Shown here piece by piece: positions 21,101 through 30,210 of a DNA stretch of 64,000 nucleotides (the stretch's first letter is position 1; every line of letters starts with the position of its first letter). The DNA comes from a virus: IMG/VR virus record IMGVR_UViG_3300020182_000012, one strand, 5' to 3'. The position numbers were made by a program, and so were the translations under genes. Under the pieces are notes generated by a model. The model ran no database searches, was not told where the DNA came from, and saw only the letters and a program-made list of their open reading frames with translations.

Positions 21101-23560
21101 AATGTTAACACAACACTAGTTGATGCAACTACTGTAACAGCAAGTGGTACTGTAACTGGTGGCACATTAACTGATGGCACATTGAGTTCAACATCTGGTA
21201 CAATCACAGGTGGCGTAGCTGCTACATTCAGTGGCACTGTCGAAGGTGGCACATTAACTGATGGCACTGCTACACTAACTGGTGGTACACTAACAGGTGG
21301 TGTTGCTGCTACATTCAGTGGTAACGTTGATTCAGGTAATGTTAACACAACATTGGTTGATGCAACTACATTGACTGCAAGTGGTACTGTAACTGGTGGT
21401 ACACTAACTGATGGTACACTATCTAGTACAGCTGGTACAATCACAGGCGGTGTTGCTGCTACGTTTAGTGGCAATGTTGACAGTGGTAATGTTAACACTA
21501 CTGGTGTATTTGCAGATGCAGGCACTTTTGGTAACATTACTGTTAATACTGATAGTATTGATAGTGTTGGTGAAACTATTACACTAAACACTGACAGTCA
21601 AGATGTTGATGTTCACATTGAGAACGCAGCAGGTAATGTATATGTAAAAGCAGATGCAGGTTCCTCAAGTGTTGCTATTGGTGAGAACGCTACTCAAACC
21701 ACAGGTGCTACGCTTAAAGTAGGAAGTACCGACAGTATGATGATTCCGGTTGGGACCACAGGCGAACGCCCTGGTACTCCAGCAACTGGTATGATTCGTT
21801 TCAATACTTCGTTGGATCAGTTTGAATTCTATGACAATGACAGTTGGACAACAGCTGGTGTTGAATTCACAGTTATTGCTAGTGAAACATTCTCAGGCGA
21901 TGATAGTACAGTAGCATTTACACTATCAACTACTCAAACTACTGCTAGTTGTATTGTTAGTATCAACGGTGTGGTACAGCTACCAACAACAGCATACGGT
22001 GTTAGCGGAACAACATTGACATTTACTGAAGCTCCAGCAACAGGCGATGACATTGAAGTTCGCGAAATCACAACCACAACAACTATTGCTAGTCTGTCAA
22101 ACGGTGATGCCACTGCTGTAGTTGAAACACTAACTGGTGTACCGACTGTGCAAGTTACAGGTAACATGTTGCCAGTAGCTAACGTATCACAAAACCTTGG
22201 TAGTACAGATAAACGCTGGAACGAATTGTTCCTAGCAGGCAGTACAATTACACTTGGTAACGTTGTTATTAAAAACACAGGCGGTAATGCTGTTGGCTTC
22301 TTTGGCCCAGACGGAACTACACCAGGCACAATTGATGCAAACGTTGAGATTGCTGGTGACAGTATCCAGAGCGGTACTTCATTGGTTGACTTTGCAGGTG
22401 TAAACGGTAACGTTAACATTACTTCTGGTGGCGTAGCATCTATGATTGCTACAACAGACGGTGCTAACGTAACTGGTAACTTAACTGCTAGTGGTAACAT
22501 TGCAGCATCCAGCTTCATTGGTGACGGTAGTCAGCTAACTGGCATTGACGCTACACAGATCCAAAATGGCACAACTAGTGTTGCTACTGCGTTAAATGGT
22601 GATGTTACAGTTACAAGAGGCGGCACATTAAGTGCAACCTTTACTGCGGCTGGTATGACTGGTGACGTAATAGGTGATGTAACTGGTAGTGCTGACACAC
22701 TTTCAACTGCTAGGGCAATTGCACTAAGTGGTGCTGTAACTGGTACTGCTAACTTTGATGGTAGTTCGGGTATTACTATTGCAACAACTGCAACAAGTGA
22801 TCCAACTATTACACTATCAGGTGCAGTAACTGGATCAGGTACATTAACCAATCTAGGTGATGTTACTATTGCAACAACTGCAACAGCAGATCCAACAATC
22901 ACACTTGCTGGTGATCTAACTGGTAGTGCAACACTTACTAACCTAGGTGACGCAACACTAACAGCAACTATTGCAGCCAATTCGGTTGCACTTGGTACTG
23001 ATACAACTGGAAACTATGTTGGTGCAGGTGCTACAAGTGGTAGTGGTATTAGTGGTAGTGTAAGCAATGAAGGTGGAACATTTACTGTTACATCAAACGC
23101 TACAAGTGCTAACACAGCAAACACTATTGTATTCCGCGATGGCAGTGGCAACTTTAGTGCCGGTACAATCACAGCAACATCAACGTCAGCTCAGTATGCT
23201 GACTTGGCAGAGATGTATGCAGCAGATGCAGACATTGAAGCAGGTACTGTTGTAATGTTTGGCGGAGAAGGCAAAGTTGCAGCATGTGACAGTGAAAACT
23301 GTCGTGCAGTAGCGGGTATTATCTCAACTGATCCAGCTCACTTGATGAACAGCACTCAAGAAGGTGTTGCTCTTGCACTAGCAGGTCGTGTTCCTTGTAA
23401 GGTAACAGGCCCTGTAGCAGCAGGTGACTTGATGGTATCAGCTGGTAATGGTCGTGCAATGGCTAACAACGATGCAGCAATGGGTACAGTAATTGGTAAA
23501 GCAATCGAAGCTCACGAAGGCGGCGAAGGCGTTATCGAAGTACTAGCACTAATGATGTAA
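18125..23560 (+). CDS. Long tail fibre/appendage protein with internal repeats
   Basis: 1811 aa; 13 GGVAATFSG repeats, DAANKGYVD, GDRLLVKD..NGIYVV domain, C-terminal YADLAE...GRVPCKV domain. Confidence 0.8.
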   Translation: MAITRIKNNQITDSTIVASSKLVDNSISAGKLADDLVYGSNLTVTGNLTVQGTSTTLDTVNTLIEDPILLLAKDQTGSPVFDIGFVGERGDSTNIAWIWDESASEFAAGFTSADASGNVVALSSYADAQVADLTLVNMAPSGNVTTALNVDATIEAGTSIEAPTLTDGTMSINAGSITGGVAATFSGNVSAGNLITAGALEAAALTATGNVTGGNIVSQADVTTVSVTASGTVEGGTLTDGTASLNAGSITGGVAATFSGNVDSGNVNTTLVDATTLTASGTVTGGTLTDGTLSSTAGTVTGGVAATFSGNVDSGNVNTTLVDATTLTASGTVTGGTLTDGTASITAGTLTGGVAATFSGNVTAGNLITGGALEAQALTAIGNVTGGNIVSLADVTTVSVTASGTVEGGTLTDGTATLTGGSITGGVAATFSGNVDSGNVNTTLVDATTLTASGTVTGGTLTDGTLSSTGGTVTGGVAATFSGQVSAGTLTDGTLSINSGAITGGTNATFTGTVQGLDVTATGNVNASVVNTTDVKGTSVTLTATGTNEDIVLLPSGTGVIDASSAKIVSLADPVQDSDAANKGYVDSVAEGLDVKGSTRAATATALPANTYNNGSSGVGATLTGNANGALANQDDVVMAQGDRLLVKDESTAANNGIYVVTTLGDAGTAYVLTRAEDMDGSPTSEIPGAFTFVEEGTVYLDSGWVCTTNAPVTMGTTAINWSQFSGAGSIVAGDGLSKSGNELSVNVDETTTTITADAVVVKAGAQFVTPDIGAATGTSLTATGTVEGATLTDGTASINAGTLTGGVAATFSGNVDSGNVNTTLVDATTVTASGTVTGGTLTDGTLSSTGGTVTGGVAATFSGNVDSGNVNTTLVDATTLTASGTVTGGTLTDGTASITAGTLTGGVAATFSGNVTAGNLITGGALEAQALTATGNVTGGNIVSLADVTTVSVTASGTVEGGTLTDGTASINAGTLTGGVAATFSGNVDSGNVNTTLVDATTVTASGTVTGGTLTDGTLSSTSGTITGGVAATFSGTVEGGTLTDGTATLTGGTLTGGVAATFSGNVDSGNVNTTLVDATTLTASGTVTGGTLTDGTLSSTAGTITGGVAATFSGNVDSGNVNTTGVFADAGTFGNITVNTDSIDSVGETITLNTDSQDVDVHIENAAGNVYVKADAGSSSVAIGENATQTTGATLKVGSTDSMMIPVGTTGERPGTPATGMIRFNTSLDQFEFYDNDSWTTAGVEFTVIASETFSGDDSTVAFTLSTTQTTASCIVSINGVVQLPTTAYGVSGTTLTFTEAPATGDDIEVREITTTTTIASLSNGDATAVVETLTGVPTVQVTGNMLPVANVSQNLGSTDKRWNELFLAGSTITLGNVVIKNTGGNAVGFFGPDGTTPGTIDANVEIAGDSIQSGTSLVDFAGVNGNVNITSGGVASMIATTDGANVTGNLTASGNIAASSFIGDGSQLTGIDATQIQNGTTSVATALNGDVTVTRGGTLSATFTAAGMTGDVIGDVTGSADTLSTARAIALSGAVTGTANFDGSSGITIATTATSDPTITLSGAVTGSGTLTNLGDVTIATTATADPTITLAGDLTGSATLTNLGDATLTATIAANSVALGTDTTGNYVGAGATSGSGISGSVSNEGGTFTVTSNATSANTANTIVFRDGSGNFSAGTITATSTSAQYADLAEMYAADADIEAGTVVMFGGEGKVAACDSENCRAVAGIISTDPAHLMNSTQEGVALALAGRVPCKVTGPVAAGDLMVSAGNGRAMANNDAAMGTVIGKAIEAHEGGEGVIEVLALMM
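18610..19660 (+). repeat. Fibre repeat block 1
   Basis: Six TLTDGT...GGVAATFSG units with variable linkers; boundaries approximate. Confidence 0.85.
20480..21500 (+). repeat. Fibre repeat block 2
   Basis: Seven units of the same repeat; boundaries approximate. Confidence 0.85.
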
Positions 23561-23580
23561 TCATTACTTAAAATATTAAG

Positions 23581-23609
23581 AATAGCAGGGTTCGCCCTGC
23601 TATTTTTTT
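23581..23609 (+). terminator. Rho-independent terminator
   Basis: AATAGCAGGG-TTCG-CCCTGCTATT followed by a T run. Confidence 0.9.
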
Positions 23610-23678
23610 GGCCAAAAACCTATAACGCATTTGTATTGTCAACAACGATAAATATACAAAAGCAAGGATTGCAACAAC

Positions 23679-25037
23679 ATGGGATTAACTAGGCCAAGAG
23701 CCCACCAATTACAGGATATTGACTATAAACAAACAGCTCGTGCTGTTACGTCGAGCAACATCACACTAAGTGGCGGTACACCAGCAACTGTTGACGGTGT
23801 TAGTCTTCTTGTTGATGATAGAGTACTGGTTAATGGACAAACAGATCAAACCGAAAATGGAATTTACTATGTAACCACACTGGGATCTGGGTCTAACGGA
23901 ACATGGGCAAGAACCGGTGATGCGAATGCCACAGGCGAAATGAATTCAGGTATGATCATTATGGTCACCGAAGGCACTGGGTTTGCTGACACACAATGGA
24001 TGCTTACCACTGACGGCACAATTACAATCGGAACAACAAACATTGTGTTTGCACAAACTAGTTCAAACGCATTTGGTATCGTTGCTGTTGCAGGACAAGA
24101 CAATCTTTTTGCCGACAGTGTTGGTGACACACTTACAATATCTGCTGGTACAAATCTTGCACTAACAACCAATGCATCAACAGATACACTTACAATTACA
24201 CCAAGTTTAACACCATCACTTACCAGTGTGACTGCCACAACGTTTAGTGGCAGTGGTGCAAGTTTAACTGCGTTAAATGGAAGTAACATAAGTACAGGCA
24301 CTGTTGCGGCAGCAAGGGTAGCAACACTTAACCAAAATACAACAGGGACAGCCGGTGGTCTAAGTAGTGCAGTAACAGTGTCGTTGACTGGTGATGTTAC
24401 AGGTAGTGCCACATTTACTAATGCAGGTGATACAGCAAGTATTAGTACAACAATTGCAGCTAACTCAGTTGCACTAGGAACTGATACAACTGGTAACTAT
24501 GTTGCAACAGGTGCAGTAAGTGGTGTTGGTCTAAGTGGTAGTTCAAGTAGTGAAGGTGGAACATTTACTGTTACATCAAATGCTACAGATGCTAACACTG
24601 CTAGTACCATAGTTGCACGTGATGGCAGTGGTAACTTTAGTGCTGGCACAATCACGGCAACATCAACATCAGCACAGTATGCTGACTTGGCAGAAAAATA
24701 CACAACTGATCAAGAATATCCAATTGGTACAGTTATGAAAGTAAGTACACATGACAATTATGAAACTGATGCAGCTATGTTAAACAGTATTGCAATAGGT
24801 GTTATATCTGCAGAACCAGCATACCTAATGAATAGTGACAGTGAAGGACAAGCAATTGGACTTAAAGGGCGTGTTCCGGTTAGGGTAGTTGGTGCAGTTA
24901 AAAAAGGTGATGCAGTTTATTGCAGCGACAATGGTACTGCAAGTGCAGAATTTACTGGTTGTTGTTTGGTTGGTATTGCTCTAGAATCAAACAGCAACGA
25001 ATCAGAGAAATTAGTTGAATGTGTATTAAAAACATAA
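23679..25037 (+). CDS. Second fibre protein
   Basis: DRVLV..Q..ENGIY domain and C-terminal YADLAE...GRVPVRV domain, both shared with 18125. Confidence 0.75.
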   Translation: MGLTRPRAHQLQDIDYKQTARAVTSSNITLSGGTPATVDGVSLLVDDRVLVNGQTDQTENGIYYVTTLGSGSNGTWARTGDANATGEMNSGMIIMVTEGTGFADTQWMLTTDGTITIGTTNIVFAQTSSNAFGIVAVAGQDNLFADSVGDTLTISAGTNLALTTNASTDTLTITPSLTPSLTSVTATTFSGSGASLTALNGSNISTGTVAAARVATLNQNTTGTAGGLSSAVTVSLTGDVTGSATFTNAGDTASISTTIAANSVALGTDTTGNYVATGAVSGVGLSGSSSSEGGTFTVTSNATDANTASTIVARDGSGNFSAGTITATSTSAQYADLAEKYTTDQEYPIGTVMKVSTHDNYETDAAMLNSIAIGVISAEPAYLMNSDSEGQAIGLKGRVPVRVVGAVKKGDAVYCSDNGTASAEFTGCCLVGIALESNSNESEKLVECVLKT

Positions 25038-25052
25038 GGGTAGTATAAAATA

Positions 25053-25742
25053 ATGTCTGAAAGATATCGTAATGAATATGATGGCGAGTTTGTTATAATC
25101 AGTAATACTATCAAAGATGGAAAAAAACATCAAGAAAGAGAATGGATTGCAAATCCGATTGAGAACCAACATATTTCAGGCCGGGCTGCAATTATTGGAC
25201 ATGGCGAAAGTCGTTTTCACACATCTGCTGGCGGAAAATTTAATTTAAAAAATCACATACAGAAACATGCCGGGGGGCACTTGTCACGTAAACGCCTGCA
25301 AAGTTATGGTTGCCAGGGCTCTTGGAAAGATTTAGTGTGTGATTTTTATGTTGACTTTGAAATTCCTGTACTAGACGAACTAGTTGCAACAGAATATACT
25401 GAGAAAACCAGTGTTTACAGTAATGCACGAAATTGTATTACAACGCCTGGAGAATTTTATCTTGTTCCTTACGGATACAGAGGGAGATCGGTTGCGGTTG
25501 CAACATGGCTAGCATGCTTTGACGGACACAAAGAAATATTTCTAATTGGTGTCGACGGCACACATGCTGATTTTCAAAAAGATGAAACTGCAATAGCACA
25601 AATAAACAACGTCATGGCAACATACCCGTCAGTAAAATTTGTGCATGTAAGCGACACTGTTGCAACCCCTGATGTGTGGCGCAATAATCAGAATGTGGAA
25701 AGATGGGATTATGCTAAGTTTGTTTCACTTTGTGATATATGA
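25053..25742 (+). CDS. Putative glycosyltransferase-like protein (paralog of 11207)
   Basis: AAIIGHGESR, SYGC, LACFDGHKEIFLIGVD. Confidence 0.5.
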   Translation: MSERYRNEYDGEFVIISNTIKDGKKHQEREWIANPIENQHISGRAAIIGHGESRFHTSAGGKFNLKNHIQKHAGGHLSRKRLQSYGCQGSWKDLVCDFYVDFEIPVLDELVATEYTEKTSVYSNARNCITTPGEFYLVPYGYRGRSVAVATWLACFDGHKEIFLIGVDGTHADFQKDETAIAQINNVMATYPSVKFVHVSDTVATPDVWRNNQNVERWDYAKFVSLCDI

Positions 25743-26167
25743 AACTTCTTCACAGTATTAATTTTTTCTAATACTTCTTCAAATTTAATAGTAGTCCACA
25801 ATCCAGGGTGCAAAGGTCTCGGTTTAACACCAGAATCAATCCAGGCGTAACCGTGGTGCTCGTTATTAAGAACAGGCACAAACTCGGTGTCAATTAAACA
25901 AAAAAATGTATGATAACTAAAATTCTCGTCAGCACTTGTAAATTTTTCAATTGGCACAAGTTTAACTATCTCTGGCCACATGCCAATTTCTTCTTGGCAT
26001 TCTCGTTGTATAGCGTTACTTAAACTTTCGCCAACTTCGACTTTACCACCTGGCAATCCCCAGCACCCAGGATTTTTAGGATCGTTGCGTAGTAAGTAAA
26101 GATATCGATTGGTTTGTATGCTGTAAAACCAAACACCAACGGCGCTAATCAAAGTACCAGGCTCCAT
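25709..26167 (-). CDS. NUDIX hydrolase
   Basis: Nudix box GGKVEVGESLSNAIQRECQEEIG. Confidence 0.9.
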   Translation of the reverse strand: MEPGTLISAVGVWFYSIQTNRYLYLLRNDPKNPGCWGLPGGKVEVGESLSNAIQRECQEEIGMWPEIVKLVPIEKFTSADENFSYHTFFCLIDTEFVPVLNNEHHGYAWIDSGVKPRPLHPGLWTTIKFEEVLEKINTVKKFHISQSETNLA

Positions 26168-27537
26168 TCACCTTCTGGGTACAATCCCTCGTAACTCTTG
26201 AGCCATTCGTTGTTAGCCCATCGATATTGTATACCAGTGGTTAGGTTTGTTGTGTATTGCACTCCACTTGGGTTTGAACTATCAAACACAACATTCCATC
26301 GTGTGCCATCGTATTCGACGATATCATTTGCAACAGCTAACAATGGGGAACCATCAGTTCCTCTCCATGCTGCGGCGTTGCCGTTGGTACTACCAGTTGC
26401 GTTGTTAATAAACAAGTATCTTTGCCCAACGGCAGCGGCATCGAGTCCTGCACCTGGTCCGTTTCTTTGAGGATCAACTATAGAAGAAACTGCGTCTAAT
26501 GTGTTTTGCGGAACAGTGTCAGTATCTACGGTAAACAACAAAAATCTATCGTCAGATGGATGATATGCTACCGTGCCAACAATAACAGTATTGTCGTATG
26601 GGTTGTCAATGCGTACCTGACTAATGCCGTTGCGCAAAGAACCGTACAAGTCGACTACAGTGTGCCACATGAGATTACTTGGCGGCGAAGCTGGAACTTC
26701 TGTTCCGTTGTTGTTGGTTACAACTGCCTTAGATTCAAGAACTTGTAACTGGTTCCCTAACAACAACACTTGATAATTGTAAGGAGTAAACTTTTGTCTT
26801 GTTCCTAATAGTAAGTCGTTGTTATGTATTGCTTCTGCATAATCGCCATTAGCATCAAACACACTAGCAATAATTTTCTGAACAACTCCAAGTTTTTTAA
26901 CTTTAGCCGGCGGATTAATCCAGATTGGCATCTTAAATCTAAGAGTTGCTATATCAATTGGGTTGTCTGTGCCCTGCGGGACTGATCGAGAGCTCCACGA
27001 AACTTGCTCAAGATACATTACGCTAAGGCTCGTCCAATCAATAAAATTATCTGTGCCTTGAATTTCCAAACTTGGATTAAACAGTGTTAGTATTTGTTCT
27101 AGTAACTGCAATTTTTGATTGGTATTAGACGTCCATATATCTACATTAATTTCGAGGTCATACGGCACAGGCATGAGTTTTTCAACAGTAAAAGCTGTGC
27201 CCTGGGTTGTTTCGTATGATTCAGTGTCTGTATCCCAATAGCGTTGCCTTACATTTTGCTTTTCAACAAAATAAGGTTCTTGCATGCGATCACGAGCATA
27301 GTTTAAGTTGGTAACATGAAATGTAATTAAAGGAGTGCTTGGTAAAGAATTGGCACTGTTTTGCTGCATAATAGTTGCTGCATTTCGACTTGCATCGCCA
27401 TAGCGCACGGGTACTCGATACAAGCTGGCTGCATTTGTTGACTCGTCACGCCCGTATTCAACTTGGAAGTTACTGAAAACTCTTGTAACTTGAAGTAAAA
27501 ATCTTCGTATTTGCTCGTCATAAAAAAACTGTTGCAT
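26149..27537 (-). CDS. gp15: Tail terminator / sheath stabilizer (T4 gp15-like) with C-terminal extension
   Basis: FFYD.QIRR, VPVRYG, MPVPYDL, QKLQLLEQIL.LFNP. Confidence 0.8.
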   Translation of the reverse strand: MQQFFYDEQIRRFLLQVTRVFSNFQVEYGRDESTNAASLYRVPVRYGDASRNAATIMQQNSANSLPSTPLITFHVTNLNYARDRMQEPYFVEKQNVRQRYWDTDTESYETTQGTAFTVEKLMPVPYDLEINVDIWTSNTNQKLQLLEQILTLFNPSLEIQGTDNFIDWTSLSVMYLEQVSWSSRSVPQGTDNPIDIATLRFKMPIWINPPAKVKKLGVVQKIIASVFDANGDYAEAIHNNDLLLGTRQKFTPYNYQVLLLGNQLQVLESKAVVTNNNGTEVPASPPSNLMWHTVVDLYGSLRNGISQVRIDNPYDNTVIVGTVAYHPSDDRFLLFTVDTDTVPQNTLDAVSSIVDPQRNGPGAGLDAAAVGQRYLFINNATGSTNGNAAAWRGTDGSPLLAVANDIVEYDGTRWNVVFDSSNPSGVQYTTNLTTGIQYRWANNEWLKSYEGLYPEGEWSLVL

Positions 27538-28862
27538 TAATTATCAGCCTGTGGTTTTAGTAAGTGGTTAAGACCCTGGCGCTCTGGTATTTCTCCGCGA
27601 TCCAATGTTTGCGTTTCGTTTGTATTGTTAACAAAACTACTACGAAGTGTCTGGTTTGACGCACCTGGAGTAAGATCAGTTCTTACATTGTCTTCGTACT
27701 TAACCCAGCGTGTGCCGTTGTAGCGAAAAAGTCTATTAGGAAAGTAATCAAGTCTCAAAGCAAAGTCTCCTTCTTGTGGCCCAGGAGGAAAGCTGATACC
27801 GGGTGTAACTGGTAATCCGTTTGGTGCAATACCGTCACCGGTTAGATATCCTAGCGTGTATCCATTGGCTCTCGGGGACTGGGGTTGCCCGTCAACATCA
27901 ACATCTGTTGTGTCGACTGTGATACCAGTTTCGTCAACTGTGTAGCTATCAGGGTCAGCAGGTGTACCATCTTCATTTGTAGGTACAATATAAAACTCTA
28001 CAGTATCGTATCCACTTAGTGGAACTTCGTACTCTGCTTGTGTGAGAATAGCATCATTAATTTCGAGATCTTTAGTAACTGTGCCAAACGTTGTTAGTTC
28101 GCTCTTAGGCTCGATTTCTTTCCAGTGTGTAGTGTTGGTAATTTCGGTACCCACTGGTGTGTCAATTTTTGCTTGGTAATACTGATTGCCAAATAATACA
28201 ATACTACCGCTTGGGTAATAATTTCCATTGTCCCAGATGTTGTCAACTTCGAACGGTTTTTTGAGAATATCGTTGTATTCCTGTGCGCCGACTAGAGGAG
28301 TTGCTTTAACACGCCACAAGTGAGGTAGCCAAGTTTGACTAAATCCTTCACTAGCAAATGAGGCATCTTGTATTACATAATACTTGGGTATTGCCTTGGC
28401 AATGCCGCTGTCTAGGGGATGAAAATCTTTAAGATTGGGCAACTCGAGAACATCACCGTTCATTAGTTTGCGTCCCAGTGTGTCGATCATAAAGTTATAA
28501 TGGAATGTGATAAACAGAGTATCGTTGTTTAAGAACAATCCAAACTGACTCAAGTCAAAATCAACATCCTGTGAATTGTACACGCCTCGCATTTGATAAA
28601 CATCATCGTCGTATTTGCGATCTCTGTTTTCAAGTAAGAACAAATCTTCGATAAACAGCGGCGATTCGGTGCTGTATGCTGGTTGTGTAGCATCTTGTGT
28701 ACCGCCGCTAACACTTGAACTATCATCGCCGTGCGGTTGTGGCCCAAGGTATTTGTGGACAAACATGTCAACTCCACCAACCTGATACATTTCAGATATA
28801 GTACGGTCAATAAATTTGTAATCGTTTTGGCGATTTGGTCGATATAAACTCAAGCGTGGCAT
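27537..28862 (-). CDS. gp14: Neck protein (T4 gp14-like)
   Basis: DLSQFGLFL..D..FITFH...GDVLELP; adjacent to the gp15-like gene; late core at 28881-28886. Confidence 0.65.
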   Translation of the reverse strand: MPRLSLYRPNRQNDYKFIDRTISEMYQVGGVDMFVHKYLGPQPHGDDSSSVSGGTQDATQPAYSTESPLFIEDLFLLENRDRKYDDDVYQMRGVYNSQDVDFDLSQFGLFLNNDTLFITFHYNFMIDTLGRKLMNGDVLELPNLKDFHPLDSGIAKAIPKYYVIQDASFASEGFSQTWLPHLWRVKATPLVGAQEYNDILKKPFEVDNIWDNGNYYPSGSIVLFGNQYYQAKIDTPVGTEITNTTHWKEIEPKSELTTFGTVTKDLEINDAILTQAEYEVPLSGYDTVEFYIVPTNEDGTPADPDSYTVDETGITVDTTDVDVDGQPQSPRANGYTLGYLTGDGIAPNGLPVTPGISFPPGPQEGDFALRLDYFPNRLFRYNGTRWVKYEDNVRTDLTPGASNQTLRSSFVNNTNETQTLDRGEIPERQGLNHLLKPQADN

Positions 28863-28904
28863 ACAGTATTCCTCTGCATGTATTTATCGCTTGCATGCTA
28901 TTGA

Positions 28905-29216
28905 TTAAAACGAATTGTGATGACACATCCAAAGTGTGAGACCACCATTGTCAGTATAATATACCACAAATCCTTCATTGTATGTGCGATAATTATAAGT
29001 GTATTCGATTTGAAAATTTTCGAAATCTTTATTTAATTTTTCGAGTACATCACCGCATGTACTATACTCATCGGTGTATCCAGTAGACCACCTGAATCCT
29101 TTATCATCAACGCCACTACCGATAACTATTGCTTCAACACCACTACCGATAACTATTGCTTCTCTTGCATCAGCTGCTGATCCTAACATTCCTATTAATA
29201 ATAACTGCTTGATCAT
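28905..29216 (-). CDS. Hypothetical exported protein
   Basis: Signal-peptide-like MIKQLLLIGMLGSAADA; 27-nt tandem duplication. Confidence 0.55.
   Translation of the reverse strand: MIKQLLLIGMLGSAADAREAIVIGSGVEAIVIGSGVDDKGFRWSTGYTDEYSTCGDVLEKLNKDFENFQIEYTYNYRTYNEGFVVYYTDNGGLTLWMCHHNSF
29107..29160. repeat. 27-nt tandem duplication (EAIVIGSGV x2)
   Basis: TCAAC(G/A)CCACTACCGATAACTATTGCT twice. Confidence 0.9.
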
Positions 29217-29401
29217 TTGCCTGCCTTTGCATCCTTTTCGGCTTTGGTCAGTTTGTTATTCCATGTGTTGTTGCTGATGCCAAGTTCACTTGCCATAGCT
29301 TTGGTTTTTCCTTTGGTAACTTCGCCGCCTTTAGCAAGAAACTCGGCCTTCATACGTTCTAGTTCTTCGTCTATAGGCTTTGCATCGTGATTCATGCTCA
29401 T
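29213..29401 (-). CDS. Small hypothetical early protein
   Basis: EFLAKGGEVT motif; GGAG RBS; tightly packed with neighbours. Confidence 0.6.
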   Translation of the reverse strand: MSMNHDAKPIDEELERMKAEFLAKGGEVTKGKTKAMASELGISNNTWNNKLTKAEKDAKAGK

Positions 29402-29803
29402 TTATGCACACTCCTTATATTCAACAACTAGTAAAAGATCTTTTACTAATTGCTTACCATACTTAGTAAATAAAATACCTTGCTCCCAAACAAAATGCTC
29501 TACATCTTGTCCGTGATAAAAAGTTTCAGAACCAGTAATCCAGCGAAGAGCCTCAACACGGTTACTAGCACCAAGACTAATTGTATCTTGAATACGATTT
29601 TCAAAACGAGCTACTGCCTTAACTTCTTGTTCTTTTTTAAACTTGTTATTTTCTTCAAGCTCTTTGCAAAGTTGATCCCAACGAACTTGTTTTTCAGCAG
29701 GCGGTAGAATGTTCCAGTTGTCAAGAATAACGCCACGTGGACGAAATCCGTAAACATCTTTATGTAAGTCCGAGAAACAATCGTCGCTGTAAGTATAAGT
29801 CAT
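29402..29803 (-). CDS. Hypothetical early protein
   Basis: SDLHKDVYGFRPR motif; AAGGA before MTYTYS. Confidence 0.7.
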   Translation of the reverse strand: MTYTYSDDCFSDLHKDVYGFRPRGVILDNWNILPPAEKQVRWDQLCKELEENNKFKKEQEVKAVARFENRIQDTISLGASNRVEALRWITGSETFYHGQDVEHFVWEQGILFTKYGKQLVKDLLLVVEYKECA

Positions 29804-29813
29804 ATTATTTCCT

Positions 29814-30065
29814 TTACGCAAAAAGTGGTTGCATTGTTTCGAAAACTTTGTTGTAAGCATTTACTTCTGCTTCGTAGAATTCGTAAAAATCTGAATCATC
29901 ATCAAACCGAGCATTGTCACTCATGTAACTAGCGCAATGTTCGTCCCACACACGATTCATTGCTTGCATTCCTTCGAGTAAATCACCACGTCCGTAACGG
30001 GAGATTGTTGTTTTAGCATCTTCAAAGGAAGTATCAAACTTATAAAAATTAGGAATTCTAAACAT
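29814..30065 (-). CDS. Hypothetical early protein
   Basis: GGAG RBS before MFRIPNF; first gene after the leftward sigma70 promoter. Confidence 0.65.
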   Translation of the reverse strand: MFRIPNFYKFDTSFEDAKTTISRYGRGDLLEGMQAMNRVWDEHCASYMSDNARFDDDSDFYEFYEAEVNAYNKVFETMQPLFA

Positions 30066-30095
30066 TGTATGCTCCATGTTTGCTAACTTATATAT

Positions 30096-30124
30096 AATAT
30101 AGCACTAACATATCACAATGTCAA
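30096..30124 (-). promoter_or_regulatory. Sigma70-type early promoter
   Basis: TTGACA-17 nt-TATATT with extended -10 TG. Confidence 0.75.
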
Positions 30125-30158
30125 CCGTTTTCTTGTATTAGAACAAAAAAAGATTAGG

Positions 30159-30186
30159 TTGACACGCAGGCTAGTTGTGCTATAAT
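30159..30186 (+). promoter_or_regulatory. Sigma70-type early promoter
   Basis: TTGACA-16 nt-TATAAT with TG extension. Confidence 0.8.
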
Positions 30187-30210
30187 ACAATTGTTCATAG
30201 GAGACAAACA

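Noticed and set aside
18496-21591. Long antisense ORFs (340 and 432 aa) within the fibre gene
   Set aside because: Shadow frames caused by repetitive Thr/Gly/Ala/Val codons; no RBS or independent features
18610-24695. Diversity-generating retroelement or CRISPR-like array
   Set aside because: Repeats are in-frame coding, with no unique spacers, no evident adenine-specific mismatch pattern and no reverse transcriptase in the window
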